A model generated the notes under the pieces. It made no database searches and had not been told where the DNA came from. It was given only the letters and a program-made list of their open reading frames with translations. DNA of 64,000 nt, from NCBI GenBank assembly GCA_015059045.1, contig SVBD01000001.1, positions 66,165 through 130,164 on the forward strand. The letters are read 5' to 3'. The stretch's first letter is position 1, and every line of letters starts with the position of its first letter. This DNA is from Erysipelotrichaceae bacterium. Its GTDB lineage: Bacteria; Bacillota_I; Bacilli_A; RFN20; CAG-449. Below are positions 30,493 to 40,189 of this stretch, piece by piece. The position numbers and the translations under genes were made by a program.

Positions 30493-32685
30493 ATGGATGA
30501 ACGAGGAAATCACACATATCTGGATATTGAAGATATATTCACTCGTTATATTCACAAAAAAGAAGATATTGCATTAATTAGAAGTGCTTATGAATATGCT
30601 GAAGAAAAGCATAGAGGGCAATTTAGAAAATCAGGAGATCCTTATATTGTTCATTTAATTGAAGTAGGATATATTTTAGCATCACTTCAAGGTGGACCCT
30701 CTACTATTGCCGCAGGTTTCCTTCATGATACAATTGAAGATTGTGATGTAACAAAAGATGAGATAAGTGAAAAATTTGGCGAGGATATCGCTGAAATAGT
30801 TTTTTGTTTGACTAAAATTAAAGCTTTATCTCATAATAGACGTCACGATAAAGACTTTGTCGCAGAAGGTCATAGAAAAATTTTCCTTGGAATGGCAAAA
30901 GATGTTCGTGTAATTATTATTAAACTAGCAGATAGATTACATAACATGAGAACACTTGATTTCCAAACTCCTGAAAAGAAACGTTCCATCTCTAAAGAAA
31001 CATTAGATGTTTACGTACCAATTGCTGATAGACTAGGTTTGAGCTCAATTAAAGGTGAACTAGAAGATTATTGCGTAAAATATTTACATCCAGAAGAATA
31101 TGAAGAAATTTGTAAATATCTTGATGAAAACATGAAAAATAGACAAGAATCTATTTTATATTTACAAAAGAAAATTGCAGACTTATTAATTCCAACTAAG
31201 ATTCCTTTTGATATTTATTCAAGAGTAAAACACGTTTCTTCAATTTATAGAAAATTAATTAACAAAGAAAAAACATTAGATCAAATTTATGATATTTTTG
31301 CTTTGAGAATTATTACTGAAAGTGAATTAAATTGTTATGAAATTTTAGGTTTAATTCATAGTGAATATCGTCCTCTTCCTGGACGTTTTAAAGATTATAT
31401 TGCAGTTCCAAAAAGAAATATGTATCAATCTTTACACACAACAATTATTGATAGAGATTCAACTATTTTGGAAGTTCAAATTAGGACAAAAGAAATGGAT
31501 GAAATTGCAGAGGGTGGGGTTGCCGCTCACTGGAGATATAAAGAAAATAAATCATATGATCCTAAGAAGGAACAACAAGATATTATGGAGAAACTACACT
31601 GGTTCTCTGATTTTATCTCGATTTCTAGTCAAGATGAATCCGCAATGGATTATATGACAACTCTTCAAAATGAAATTTTTGGTGCAAGTATTTATTGTTT
31701 CACACCTCATGGAAAAGTTATTAATTTACCTACTGGTTCAACTCCTTTAGATTTTGCTTATAAGATTCACTCAAAAGTTGGTGATCAAGCAATTGGAGCA
31801 ATTGTTAATAATGTCTTAGTTCCATTAAGTACTGAATTAAAAACAGGTGATGTAATTGAAATTAAAACAAATGCTCAATCTAATGGACCTAATGAAGGTT
31901 GGCTAAAATTAGTAAAAACTACTCAAGCTAGAAACCATATTAGAAGATTCTTAATGAAAAAGAATGCAAATTATCTTCGTGATACAGTTATTGAAAAAGG
32001 TAAAAATGCAATAGTTGAAATGTTTAGAGAATTTGAAATTTCAGAACAAAAAATGGTTGAATTGATCACAGATTCTGTATTAAAACAATTCCAAGTAGAA
32101 TCTTTAGAAGATCTTTATTATGCAATTGGTAATAAAACAGTTCAACCTTCTGATATTACTAAATTCTTAAACATTAGAAGAGAAAGTTTTGTAGAATCTT
32201 TAATGAAGAAAACTGTAAAACCTAGAGGTACTGCTTCTGCAAACCAAGCGGTTTTAGTTAAGGGTGAAAGTAATATTTTATGTAACTTAAGTAGCTGTTG
32301 TTCTCCAATACCAGGAGATGATATTGTTGGTTATATTACTCAAGGTAAGGGTATTAAAGTTCATAGAAAAGATTGCCCTAATATTTTAAAAGAAACTAAA
32401 CGTTTAATTGATGTTTGGTGGAATCCAGAATATAAGGCTAATAATTGTCCAGTAGAGCTAGCAATTAAAGCCACCGATAGAGATAACCTTGTTATCGATA
32501 TTTTAAATGTTCTAGCTCAAAATAAGATTAACTGTTCTAAATTAATTACTAAATTACATGCTGAAACAGGTACTGTTTCAATTTATATTACAATTAATGT
32601 GTCTAGTTTAGAAAATTTAAATATTATCAAAAACATTTTAGTAAATATTTCTCATGTTTATTTAGTTGAAAGGGTAACTCATTAA
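30493..32685 (+). CDS. relA: Bifunctional (p)ppGpp synthetase/hydrolase Rel
   Basis: HD hydrolase domain (HLIEVG...HD), synthetase domain, TGS and ACT domains. 730 aa. Confidence 0.95.
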   Translation: MDERGNHTYLDIEDIFTRYIHKKEDIALIRSAYEYAEEKHRGQFRKSGDPYIVHLIEVGYILASLQGGPSTIAAGFLHDTIEDCDVTKDEISEKFGEDIAEIVFCLTKIKALSHNRRHDKDFVAEGHRKIFLGMAKDVRVIIIKLADRLHNMRTLDFQTPEKKRSISKETLDVYVPIADRLGLSSIKGELEDYCVKYLHPEEYEEICKYLDENMKNRQESILYLQKKIADLLIPTKIPFDIYSRVKHVSSIYRKLINKEKTLDQIYDIFALRIITESELNCYEILGLIHSEYRPLPGRFKDYIAVPKRNMYQSLHTTIIDRDSTILEVQIRTKEMDEIAEGGVAAHWRYKENKSYDPKKEQQDIMEKLHWFSDFISISSQDESAMDYMTTLQNEIFGASIYCFTPHGKVINLPTGSTPLDFAYKIHSKVGDQAIGAIVNNVLVPLSTELKTGDVIEIKTNAQSNGPNEGWLKLVKTTQARNHIRRFLMKKNANYLRDTVIEKGKNAIVEMFREFEISEQKMVELITDSVLKQFQVESLEDLYYAIGNKTVQPSDITKFLNIRRESFVESLMKKTVKPRGTASANQAVLVKGESNILCNLSSCCSPIPGDDIVGYITQGKGIKVHRKDCPNILKETKRLIDVWWNPEYKANNCPVELAIKATDRDNLVIDILNVLAQNKINCSKLITKLHAETGTVSIYITINVSSLENLNIIKNILVNISHVYLVERVTH

Positions 32686-33635
32686 TGAAAGAAAATAAAA
32701 GAAGAGTTAAGTCTAGAAATAGTTCACCTAGAACTAGACCTAATCAAAAATTATTTAAAGAAAAGAAAGTAAATTCAAATGTTGAATTACTTACTTTTTT
32801 ACTAGATAATTTTACTTCTATGTCTAGAAATAACATTAAAAAATTACTTGCTAATCAACAAATATTAGTTAATGGAGCTGCAGTAAGACAATTTGATTTC
32901 TTATTAGCAAAAGGTGATATTGTTTCAATTTCTCCTTACAAAGTAAGGAAAGATGGGAAAAGAGTTTCTAAATTAAAGATTCTTTATGAAGATGATGAAT
33001 TAATTGTTATTAATAAACCTGCTGGATTATTAACTATTGCAACAGATAAAGAAAAAGAACAAACAGCATATCGTTTAATGATGGATTACGTAAGAGAAGA
33101 AAATCCTAAAAATCGAGTTTTTGTTGTCCATAGATTAGATAAAGAAACATCTGGTGTTTTATTATTTTCTAAAAGCGAAAATTTAAAAGATTTACTTCAA
33201 GATAGATGGAATGACTTAGTTCAAACTAGAGAATACATTGCTATTTGTGAAGGAATTTTTAACAAAAAAGAAGGAACTAGAGTTTCATATCTACTTCCAA
33301 CTAAGACTAATTTAATGTTCTCCTCACATAAACCAAATGATGGACAAAAAGCAATTACTCATTATCAAGTAATTGAGGAAAATGAAGAATATTCAATTTT
33401 AAAAGTGAAAATTGATACTGGTAGAAAAAATCAAATTAGAGTCCATATGAAGGATTTAGGGCATAATGTTGTTGGGGATGATAAGTATGGAAGTGAAAAA
33501 AATCCAATTAATCGTTTAGGCTTACATGCAAGAGTTTTAGAATTTGAACATCCTGTTAATGATAAGCATTTTAAATTCATTGCGGATGTACCAAAAGAAT
33601 TTTTAGATTTATTTTGCTTAAAAAAGATTAAATAA
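32685..33635 (+). CDS. RluA-family pseudouridine synthase with N-terminal S4 domain and basic extension
   Basis: HRLDKETSGVLLFSK catalytic motif. S4-like region. 316 aa. Confidence 0.8.
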   Translation: MKENKRRVKSRNSSPRTRPNQKLFKEKKVNSNVELLTFLLDNFTSMSRNNIKKLLANQQILVNGAAVRQFDFLLAKGDIVSISPYKVRKDGKRVSKLKILYEDDELIVINKPAGLLTIATDKEKEQTAYRLMMDYVREENPKNRVFVVHRLDKETSGVLLFSKSENLKDLLQDRWNDLVQTREYIAICEGIFNKKEGTRVSYLLPTKTNLMFSSHKPNDGQKAITHYQVIEENEEYSILKVKIDTGRKNQIRVHMKDLGHNVVGDDKYGSEKNPINRLGLHARVLEFEHPVNDKHFKFIADVPKEFLDLFCLKKIK

Positions 33636-33682
33636 CGTTTAAAAACATTGTTTTTAAATAAAAATGTTAATATAATTGAGTT

Positions 33683-33905
33683 AATTCTATGAAATAGAGG
33701 GTTTATATTGAAGTTTGTAGAGAGAGTTTGGTAGGTGAAAAAACTCAATAGAGATATAAACTTGACACTATGGAGAATGTGAAGTGAAATTAGTAGCGGA
33801 TCCGGTTGTTACGTTAAAACTATAAAGTGCATCAAGATTTTGATGAACTAAGGTGGTACCGTGCTTTATAGCACCCTTAGAGGTACTTTTTTTATTTCAA
33901 GGAGG
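33683..33905 (+). promoter_or_regulatory. T-box riboswitch leader of the hisS-aspS operon
   Basis: Extended -10 tgtTATAAT at 33668-33676. Stem I AGAGAG...GGTGA. T-box AACTAAGGTGGTACCGTG at 33846-33863. Terminator gcacccttagaggtac followed by tttttttat. RBS ggagga. Confidence 0.85.
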
Positions 33906-33911
33906 AAAATT

Positions 33912-35189
33912 ATGGCAAATTATCAATTACAAAGAGGTACATATGATGCTTATTATGAAGATGCTTTAAATATTGAAAAAATCGTTTCAATTTTAAAAAG
34001 AATCTCAAAGAGCTATGGGTACGCTCCAATTCATACTCCAATGTATGAACAAACAGCTCTATTTGCTCGTTCTGCAGGTGAAACAAGTGATATTGTCACA
34101 AAAGAAATGTTTAATTTTTTAGACAAATCTGGAAGAGACATCTGTTTACGTCCTGAATTAACTGCAGGTGTTATGAGAGCAATTGTAACTAATAAATTAT
34201 ATGCTACAAAAGATTTACCATTAAAATTGTCTTATTATGGTTCTGCATTTAGATATGAAAGACCACAAGCTGGTAGATATCGTCAATTCAATCAATTTGG
34301 TATTGAAAACGTTGGTGCAACTTCATATTTAAATGATGCTGAAACAATTATTTTTGGTTACAACTCATTAAGGATTTTAGGTTTTCCTCATATTATTTTA
34401 AAAATAAATTCAATTGGTGATGAAGAAAGTAGAAATGCTTACAGAACAGCATTAAAAGAATTCTTCCAAAACAAAATTGAAAATATGTGTCCTGATTGTA
34501 AAAGAAGATTTGAAACAAATCCTTTAAGAATCTTGGATTGCAAGGTTAAAGAAGATCAAGAAATAATTAAAGGCGCTCCAAAAATGAGCGATTACTTAAA
34601 TGAGCAAAGTAAAGAATATTTAAATAACATTTTAAAAGTATTAGATGAACAAGGAGTGGAATATGAAATCGATGACACACTTGTTAGAGGTTTAGATTAT
34701 TATTCTCACGTCGTATTTGAATATCACTTTATTACAGAAAATGGCACTTCATTAGGCGCCGTTGGTGCTGGTGGTCACTATGATAATTTATTAAGAGAAG
34801 TTGGTGGTCCTCAACTTTCAAGTGTTGGATTAGCTTTTGGTGTTGAAAGATTAAATTTATTATTAAAAGAAATTAATCCAGAAGAATACGCTAAAGTTGA
34901 ATTAGATGCTTACTTAATTTGTTTAGGAAAAGAAAATTTAGATAAAGTATTTAGCTTATGCACAACTTTAAGAAACAATGGATTTAATGTTGATATGTCC
35001 TTTGAAAATAAATCAATGGGTGCATCATTTAAAATTGCCACAAGAAAAAATGCAAAATTTGCACTTATTATTGGAGAGAATGAAATTGCAAATAATATTG
35101 TTAAATTAAAAGATTTAAATACACAAGAACAATGCGATGTCTCTTTAGAAAACTTAGTAGAAGTTCTTGATGAAAAATTAGTTGACTAG
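33912..35189 (+). CDS. hisS: Histidyl-tRNA synthetase
   Basis: Class IIa motifs. Start at MANYQLQRG after RBS ggagga, since the track ORF begins inside the T-box leader. Confidence 0.93.
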   Translation: MANYQLQRGTYDAYYEDALNIEKIVSILKRISKSYGYAPIHTPMYEQTALFARSAGETSDIVTKEMFNFLDKSGRDICLRPELTAGVMRAIVTNKLYATKDLPLKLSYYGSAFRYERPQAGRYRQFNQFGIENVGATSYLNDAETIIFGYNSLRILGFPHIILKINSIGDEESRNAYRTALKEFFQNKIENMCPDCKRRFETNPLRILDCKVKEDQEIIKGAPKMSDYLNEQSKEYLNNILKVLDEQGVEYEIDDTLVRGLDYYSHVVFEYHFITENGTSLGAVGAGGHYDNLLREVGGPQLSSVGLAFGVERLNLLLKEINPEEYAKVELDAYLICLGKENLDKVFSLCTTLRNNGFNVDMSFENKSMGASFKIATRKNAKFALIIGENEIANNIVKLKDLNTQEQCDVSLENLVEVLDEKLVD

Positions 35190-35200
35190 GAGGTGTAATT

Positions 35201-36946
35201 ATGTATCGTACACATAATAATGGAGAATTAAGATTATCTCATGTCAATCAAGAAGTAACACTTGTTGGTTGGGTTAGTAAAAAAAGAAATTTAGGATCTT
35301 TAGTCTTTATCGATTTAAGAGATAGATATGGTTATACTCAAGTTTTACTTGAAGAAGATAAATTTCCTAATGCAAAAGAAATTAAATCAGAATATATCAT
35401 TCAAGTAAAAGGTATTGTAACTAAAAAAGATGTTCCAAATCTAAAACTTGAAACTGGAGAAATTGAAGTAGTCGCTAATGATTTAAAAATTGTTAATACA
35501 AGCGAATTACCTCCTTTTATCATTGCAGATGAAACAGATGCATTAGAAGATACTAGATTAAAATATCGTTATTTAGATTTACGTAGACCAGTAATGCAAA
35601 ACTATTTAAAAACAAGAGCTAAAATTGTTCGTGCTTGTCATGAATTCTTAGATTCAAACGACTTTATTGAAATTGAAACTCCTATTTTAACTCTTTCTAC
35701 TCCTGAAGGAGCAAGAGACTATTTAGTGCCTTCAAGAACTAGAAAAGGATCTTTCTACGCTTTACCTCAATCTCCTCAATTATTTAAACAAATGCTTATG
35801 GTCTCTGGATTTGAAAGATATTATCAAGTGGCTAGATGTTTCAGAGATGAAGACTTACGTGCTGATAGACAACCTGACTTCACTCAATTAGATATTGAAA
35901 CAAGTTTCTTATCTCAAGATGAAATTTTAACTTTAACAGAACAATTAATTGCTAAGATTATGAAAGATGTTAAAGGAATTGATATTGAATTGCCATTTAG
36001 AAGATTCAAATATGATTATTGTATTGACACATATGGTTCTGATAAACCAGATACTCGCTTTGGTTTAGAGTTAAATGATGTTAAAGATGTCTTAAATACA
36101 ATTAATTTTGAAGGATTTAAGTTAGCAAAAGTAATTAAAGCTATTGTTATCCCAAATCACGCTAGTGTAACAACAAGAAAAGTAATAGATTCTATTAACT
36201 TACACGCTAAAAAGTTTGGTTTAGGCGGTTTAACAGTACTTAAATTTGTTAACGGACAATTAGAAGGATCATTCTTAAAATTCTTTGAAGAAAGCCATAA
36301 AGATGCTTTAGTTAATGCTTTAGCATTAAAAGAAGATGATTTAATTATTATTGGAGCAGGTAATAGAATGAAAGTTTGTTCTTGTTTAGGTGCATTAAGA
36401 ACATCATATGCTAAAGAAATGAATTTAATTAAACCTAATACATTTGACTTCTTATGGGTAGTTGATTTCCCATTATTTGATTACAATGAAGAAACAAAAG
36501 AAATCTCTCCAAGTCATCATCCATTCACTCAACCTAAAGAAGAGGATATTTGTAAATTGAAAGATCATCCAGAACAAGTTTATGCAGCTGCTTATGATAT
36601 CATTGTTAATGGTTATGAAGCTGGTGGAGGATCATTAAGAATTTATGATCAAAAATTACAAAAACAAATTTTTGAATTATTAGGATTTACAGAAGAAGAT
36701 ATTCAAAGAAAATTTGGTTTCTTCGTTAACTCTTTAAAATATGGTACACCTCCTCATGGTGGACTTGCTTTCGGGTTAGATAGATGGGCAATGATTTTAG
36801 GTGGTACAGATAATATTAGAGATGTTATTGCATTCCCTAAAAACTTATCAGCGGTTTGTCCTATGTCAAACGCACCATTACAAGTTGATGAAGCTCAATT
36901 AGAAGATTTAGGTATTCTAGTTAAAGAAGAATACTTAGAAAAATAG
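35201..36946 (+). CDS. aspS: Aspartyl-tRNA synthetase
   Basis: OB anticodon-binding N-domain, class IIb motifs (FRDEDLRADRQPDFTQLD, GGGSLRI). 581 aa. 11-nt gap from hisS. Confidence 0.95.
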   Translation: MYRTHNNGELRLSHVNQEVTLVGWVSKKRNLGSLVFIDLRDRYGYTQVLLEEDKFPNAKEIKSEYIIQVKGIVTKKDVPNLKLETGEIEVVANDLKIVNTSELPPFIIADETDALEDTRLKYRYLDLRRPVMQNYLKTRAKIVRACHEFLDSNDFIEIETPILTLSTPEGARDYLVPSRTRKGSFYALPQSPQLFKQMLMVSGFERYYQVARCFRDEDLRADRQPDFTQLDIETSFLSQDEILTLTEQLIAKIMKDVKGIDIELPFRRFKYDYCIDTYGSDKPDTRFGLELNDVKDVLNTINFEGFKLAKVIKAIVIPNHASVTTRKVIDSINLHAKKFGLGGLTVLKFVNGQLEGSFLKFFEESHKDALVNALALKEDDLIIIGAGNRMKVCSCLGALRTSYAKEMNLIKPNTFDFLWVVDFPLFDYNEETKEISPSHHPFTQPKEEDICKLKDHPEQVYAAAYDIIVNGYEAGGGSLRIYDQKLQKQIFELLGFTEEDIQRKFGFFVNSLKYGTPPHGGLAFGLDRWAMILGGTDNIRDVIAFPKNLSAVCPMSNAPLQVDEAQLEDLGILVKEEYLEK

Positions 36947-36954
36947 GTGATATT

Positions 36955-38292
36955 ATGAAATTTTCATCCTATAACTTATCAAAAGATTTATTAGAGGTTA
37001 TTAATAATCTTGGATATATTGATTTGACACCAATTCAAGAAGCGACGATCACTAAAGTTTTAAAGGGTAAATCATTAATTTGTAAAAGTGAAACTGGTTC
37101 TGGAAAGACTCATGCATTTTTAATACCAACATTAAATAATGTTGATCGTGATTTGAACGCTATTCAAGTATTAATTGTCACTCCTACAACAATATTAGCT
37201 AATCAAACCTATGAATTTGCTCGTGCAATTTGTGAACAAATTGAGGGCTTATCTTGTAAGGTATTTACTTCAAGCAAAGACAAAAATAAAAATCTAGAAG
37301 AATTATCTTATGGAAAAGAAATGCCGAAAGTTGTAATTGGAACACCAGGTCGTATTGTTGATTTATTAATTAACAATAAGACAAATATTTCAAGAATTAA
37401 TACTATCGTTTTAGATGAAGCAGATATGCTTTTAGATGATTCATATATTAACGATATTGTTACATTAATGGAAAGAATTAATCCAAAGCAAAGATTGATT
37501 TTCACTGCAACAATGAAAAATCATTTAATTTCTGATACTTATAAATTTATTAAGGCCGAAGAAATTATTGATATTGATAAAAAAGTAAAAGTTAATCGAA
37601 ATGTTAAACATCACTTAGTTGATATTAAACATAAAGATATCGTCGAACAACTTATCAATTTTTTAAATATTGAAAATCCATATTTCACATTAATTTTTGC
37701 TTCAGAAAAGACAAAGGTTGAAAAAATTTATCGTCAGTTAAATCAAAATGGTATAACTTGTTCTATTCTTAATGGAAATATGCAATCTCGTGAAAATAAA
37801 ATTAATTTAAGAAGAATTAAGCAAGGTGAATTTAACGTTGTAGTATGTTCTGATATGGTGTCAAGAGGACTTGATTTAGAAGATGTTAGTACAGTAATTT
37901 CATGTGATTTACCAAAAGATTTAGATTACTATCTTCATCGCGCTGGAAGATGTGGAAGAAATAATAAAAAAGGAGATTCTTATATTTTCTATAATGATGA
38001 TGAATTGACTCTAGTAAAAAAATTAATCGAATCTAAATTAGGCTTTGATTATTATATCTTAAGAAAAGATTCTTTAAAAAAGGTTGACACAATTGAAGGA
38101 AAACCAAAAAAGAAAAACGAAGAATTAGAGAAAGAAATTCGTAAAGAAGTAAGAAAAGTAAAAACCAACAAAGTTAAACCTGGATATAAGAAAAAAATTT
38201 CTAAAGCTATTGAAAAAGCAAAGAAAAATCATAAAGAGAAAATCATTAGGAAAAATCTAAAAGAAAAACGTAAATTAAATAAATCTCTTTAA
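36955..38292 (+). CDS. DEAD-box ATP-dependent RNA helicase (CshB-like) with Lys-rich C-terminal tail
   Basis: Q-motif (TPIQ), Walker A TGSGKT, DEAD (VLDEAD), SAT (TAT), HRAGRCGR. Confidence 0.9.
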   Translation: MKFSSYNLSKDLLEVINNLGYIDLTPIQEATITKVLKGKSLICKSETGSGKTHAFLIPTLNNVDRDLNAIQVLIVTPTTILANQTYEFARAICEQIEGLSCKVFTSSKDKNKNLEELSYGKEMPKVVIGTPGRIVDLLINNKTNISRINTIVLDEADMLLDDSYINDIVTLMERINPKQRLIFTATMKNHLISDTYKFIKAEEIIDIDKKVKVNRNVKHHLVDIKHKDIVEQLINFLNIENPYFTLIFASEKTKVEKIYRQLNQNGITCSILNGNMQSRENKINLRRIKQGEFNVVVCSDMVSRGLDLEDVSTVISCDLPKDLDYYLHRAGRCGRNNKKGDSYIFYNDDELTLVKKLIESKLGFDYYILRKDSLKKVDTIEGKPKKKNEELEKEIRKEVRKVKTNKVKPGYKKKISKAIEKAKKNHKEKIIRKNLKEKRKLNKSL

Positions 38293-38508
38293 TATTTTAT
38301 ATATTTGTTCTTTCTTTTGAATATTTAATTTAAGTTCCCTAGAGAATAAATATGATTGAAAATTGTTATTTTTAATAGAATTTTGGTGTTTTTTGATATA
38401 ATTATATAAAATGTCAAGTTCGTCATTATTTAAATAAACTTGATTATTGTAAAAAAATTTATAAAGAGTTTGTTTACTTGTTTTATTTAAAATAAAATTA
38501 AAATAATC

Positions 38509-38548
38509 CAAAAAAATCACCCATATTAATATATGAGTGATTTTATTT
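38509..38548. terminator. Bidirectional terminator downstream of ispG (minus) and at the 3-prime side of the helicase gene
   Basis: 12-bp stem aaatcacccata/tatgagtgattt with one mismatch, 6-nt loop, flanked by A7 and a T-run. Confidence 0.65.
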
Positions 38549-38550
38549 TT

Positions 38551-39606
38551 TTAATTATTATTTATAAAATAATCTAATTTAGATACTACTTCTTCAGGCT
38601 TACATGTGCCAATTACTTGTCCTTTGACAAACATAGTACATGTTGTTTGATTATTAAATGCAAATCCAATATCTGCTTGTTTTCCTTCACCAATTCCATT
38701 AACTACACATCCCATGACGGCAACAGTAATTTTTTTATTGGCTTTTTGAAGATATGCATCTACTTTTCTAGATAATTTCATAATATTAGCGTTAGCTCTT
38801 CCACACATTGGACAACTTATTAAAGTGTAATAAGATGAGTAAAGATTTAATTCATGAAGTAATCTTTTGCACGCTCTAACTTCTTCTATAGGTTGATCGG
38901 ATAGAGAAATTCTAATTGTATTTCCAATTCCTTCTAATAATAATGGGACAAGAGCTACACAAGAACGAATTAATCCAATATCTTTGTATGATGTTTCAGT
39001 AACTCCAATGTGAAGAGGATAGTCATACTTTTTACTTGCAATTCGATATGCTTCTAAAGTATCTAATGGATTACTAGATTTTAAGGCAAGGACAAGATTA
39101 TAGAATCCGCGATCTTCAAATATTTTGATATATTTATCAAGTGATTCAATCATTAAGTCTAGGGTAACTTTATTATTGTTATTTTTAACCATTTCTGGAT
39201 CGATTGAACCGGAATTTACTCCAATTCTAATTGGAACATCGTATTGTTTACAAATATCTATTACTTGATTAATTTGGTCTTCATTTTTCAGATTTCCTGG
39301 ATTTAATCTAATTTTATCTGCACCATTTTCTACAGCTTTTAAAGCAAGGCGATAGTCATAGTGAATATCTGCAACTAGAGGAATATGAATTCTTTTTTTA
39401 ATTTCCTTAATTGCTTCTGCATCTTTAAAGTCTAAAACTGATACGCGAATTAATTCTAATCCTTCTTTTTCCATTTTAAGAATTTGATTTACAACTTTAT
39501 TTACGTATTCAGTTTTAATATTACACATTGATTGAATAATAACTTTGTTATTACCACCAATATAAATGTTTCCAACTTTAATCTGTTTTGTGTTTTCTCG
39601 AATCAT
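38551..39606 (-). CDS. ispG: 4-hydroxy-3-methylbut-2-enyl diphosphate synthase IspG (GcpE)
   Basis: TIM-barrel N-domain and C-terminal 4Fe-4S domain with CPMCGR...C motif. 351 aa. Confidence 0.93.
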   Translation of the reverse strand: MIRENTKQIKVGNIYIGGNNKVIIQSMCNIKTEYVNKVVNQILKMEKEGLELIRVSVLDFKDAEAIKEIKKRIHIPLVADIHYDYRLALKAVENGADKIRLNPGNLKNEDQINQVIDICKQYDVPIRIGVNSGSIDPEMVKNNNNKVTLDLMIESLDKYIKIFEDRGFYNLVLALKSSNPLDTLEAYRIASKKYDYPLHIGVTETSYKDIGLIRSCVALVPLLLEGIGNTIRISLSDQPIEEVRACKRLLHELNLYSSYYTLISCPMCGRANANIMKLSRKVDAYLQKANKKITVAVMGCVVNGIGEGKQADIGFAFNNQTTCTMFVKGQVIGTCKPEEVVSKLDYFINNN

Positions 39607-39654
39607 ATTATCACCTAAAAATTATTATAATGACTTTTATAATTAAATAAAAGA

Positions 39655-39690
39655 GTAAAATAAAAATGCATGTTTTACATGCATTTTATT
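39655..39690 (-). terminator. Terminator of the small P-loop gene (minus strand)
   Basis: aaaatgcatg-tttta-catgcatttt palindrome followed on the minus strand by a T-rich run. ispG promoter/RBS lies downstream of it. Confidence 0.65.
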
Positions 39691-39696
39691 GAATTA

Positions 39697-40002
39697 TTAT
39701 CTTTTATCTAAGTCGACTACTTCTAAATCTTCGTCGCTGTTTACTGTGATCCCTGCTAAAGAGGTATGTAAGACTGCATCTAAAACTCTCTTTATATCAT
39801 CAATATAAACTTCTTTTACATCTTCTGATAAACTATTCATTGTAATTGGTAATGGGATATCATATCCATAACCTTTTGCTTTAACTAATAAGCGTTCTAC
39901 ACGAGCTTGTGATTCGCAAAGAACTGGGATATTATTCTTTGCACTTAGTTCTAAAAGTGCTTTTGTTTTGCCACTCCCTGGGTTTCCAAAAATTAATTTC
40001 AT
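39697..40002 (-). CDS. Mini P-loop NTPase (101 aa: Walker A GNPGSGKT, Walker B-like VYIDDI, nothing else)
   Basis: Seen directly. Own RBS (gagaggtat) and own terminator. Divergent from the DUF1538/PII operon. Confidence 0.55.
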   Translation of the reverse strand: MKLIFGNPGSGKTKALLELSAKNNIPVLCESQARVERLLVKAKGYGYDIPLPITMNSLSEDVKEVYIDDIKRVLDAVLHTSLAGITVNSDEDLEVVDLDKR

Positions 40003-40189
40003 ATTATTATACCTCTCTATCTATTTAATTTAATTATATATTATTTTTTTTAGATGTCTAGTATTTTTTATTTTTCAATTGGATTATTTTTATAAAAATA
40101 ATAATTATTAATATAAATCTAAATTTCAAAACTTAAACTTTTTATAATGTGTGATTCATGATATAATTTTAAATTGAGGTGAAAATAGA

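Noticed and set aside
38275-38520. 81-aa minus-strand ORF in the helicase-ispG intergenic region
   Set aside because: GTG start without RBS, N/K/Y-rich low-complexity product. Region is better explained as AT-rich intergenic DNA plus a bidirectional terminator.
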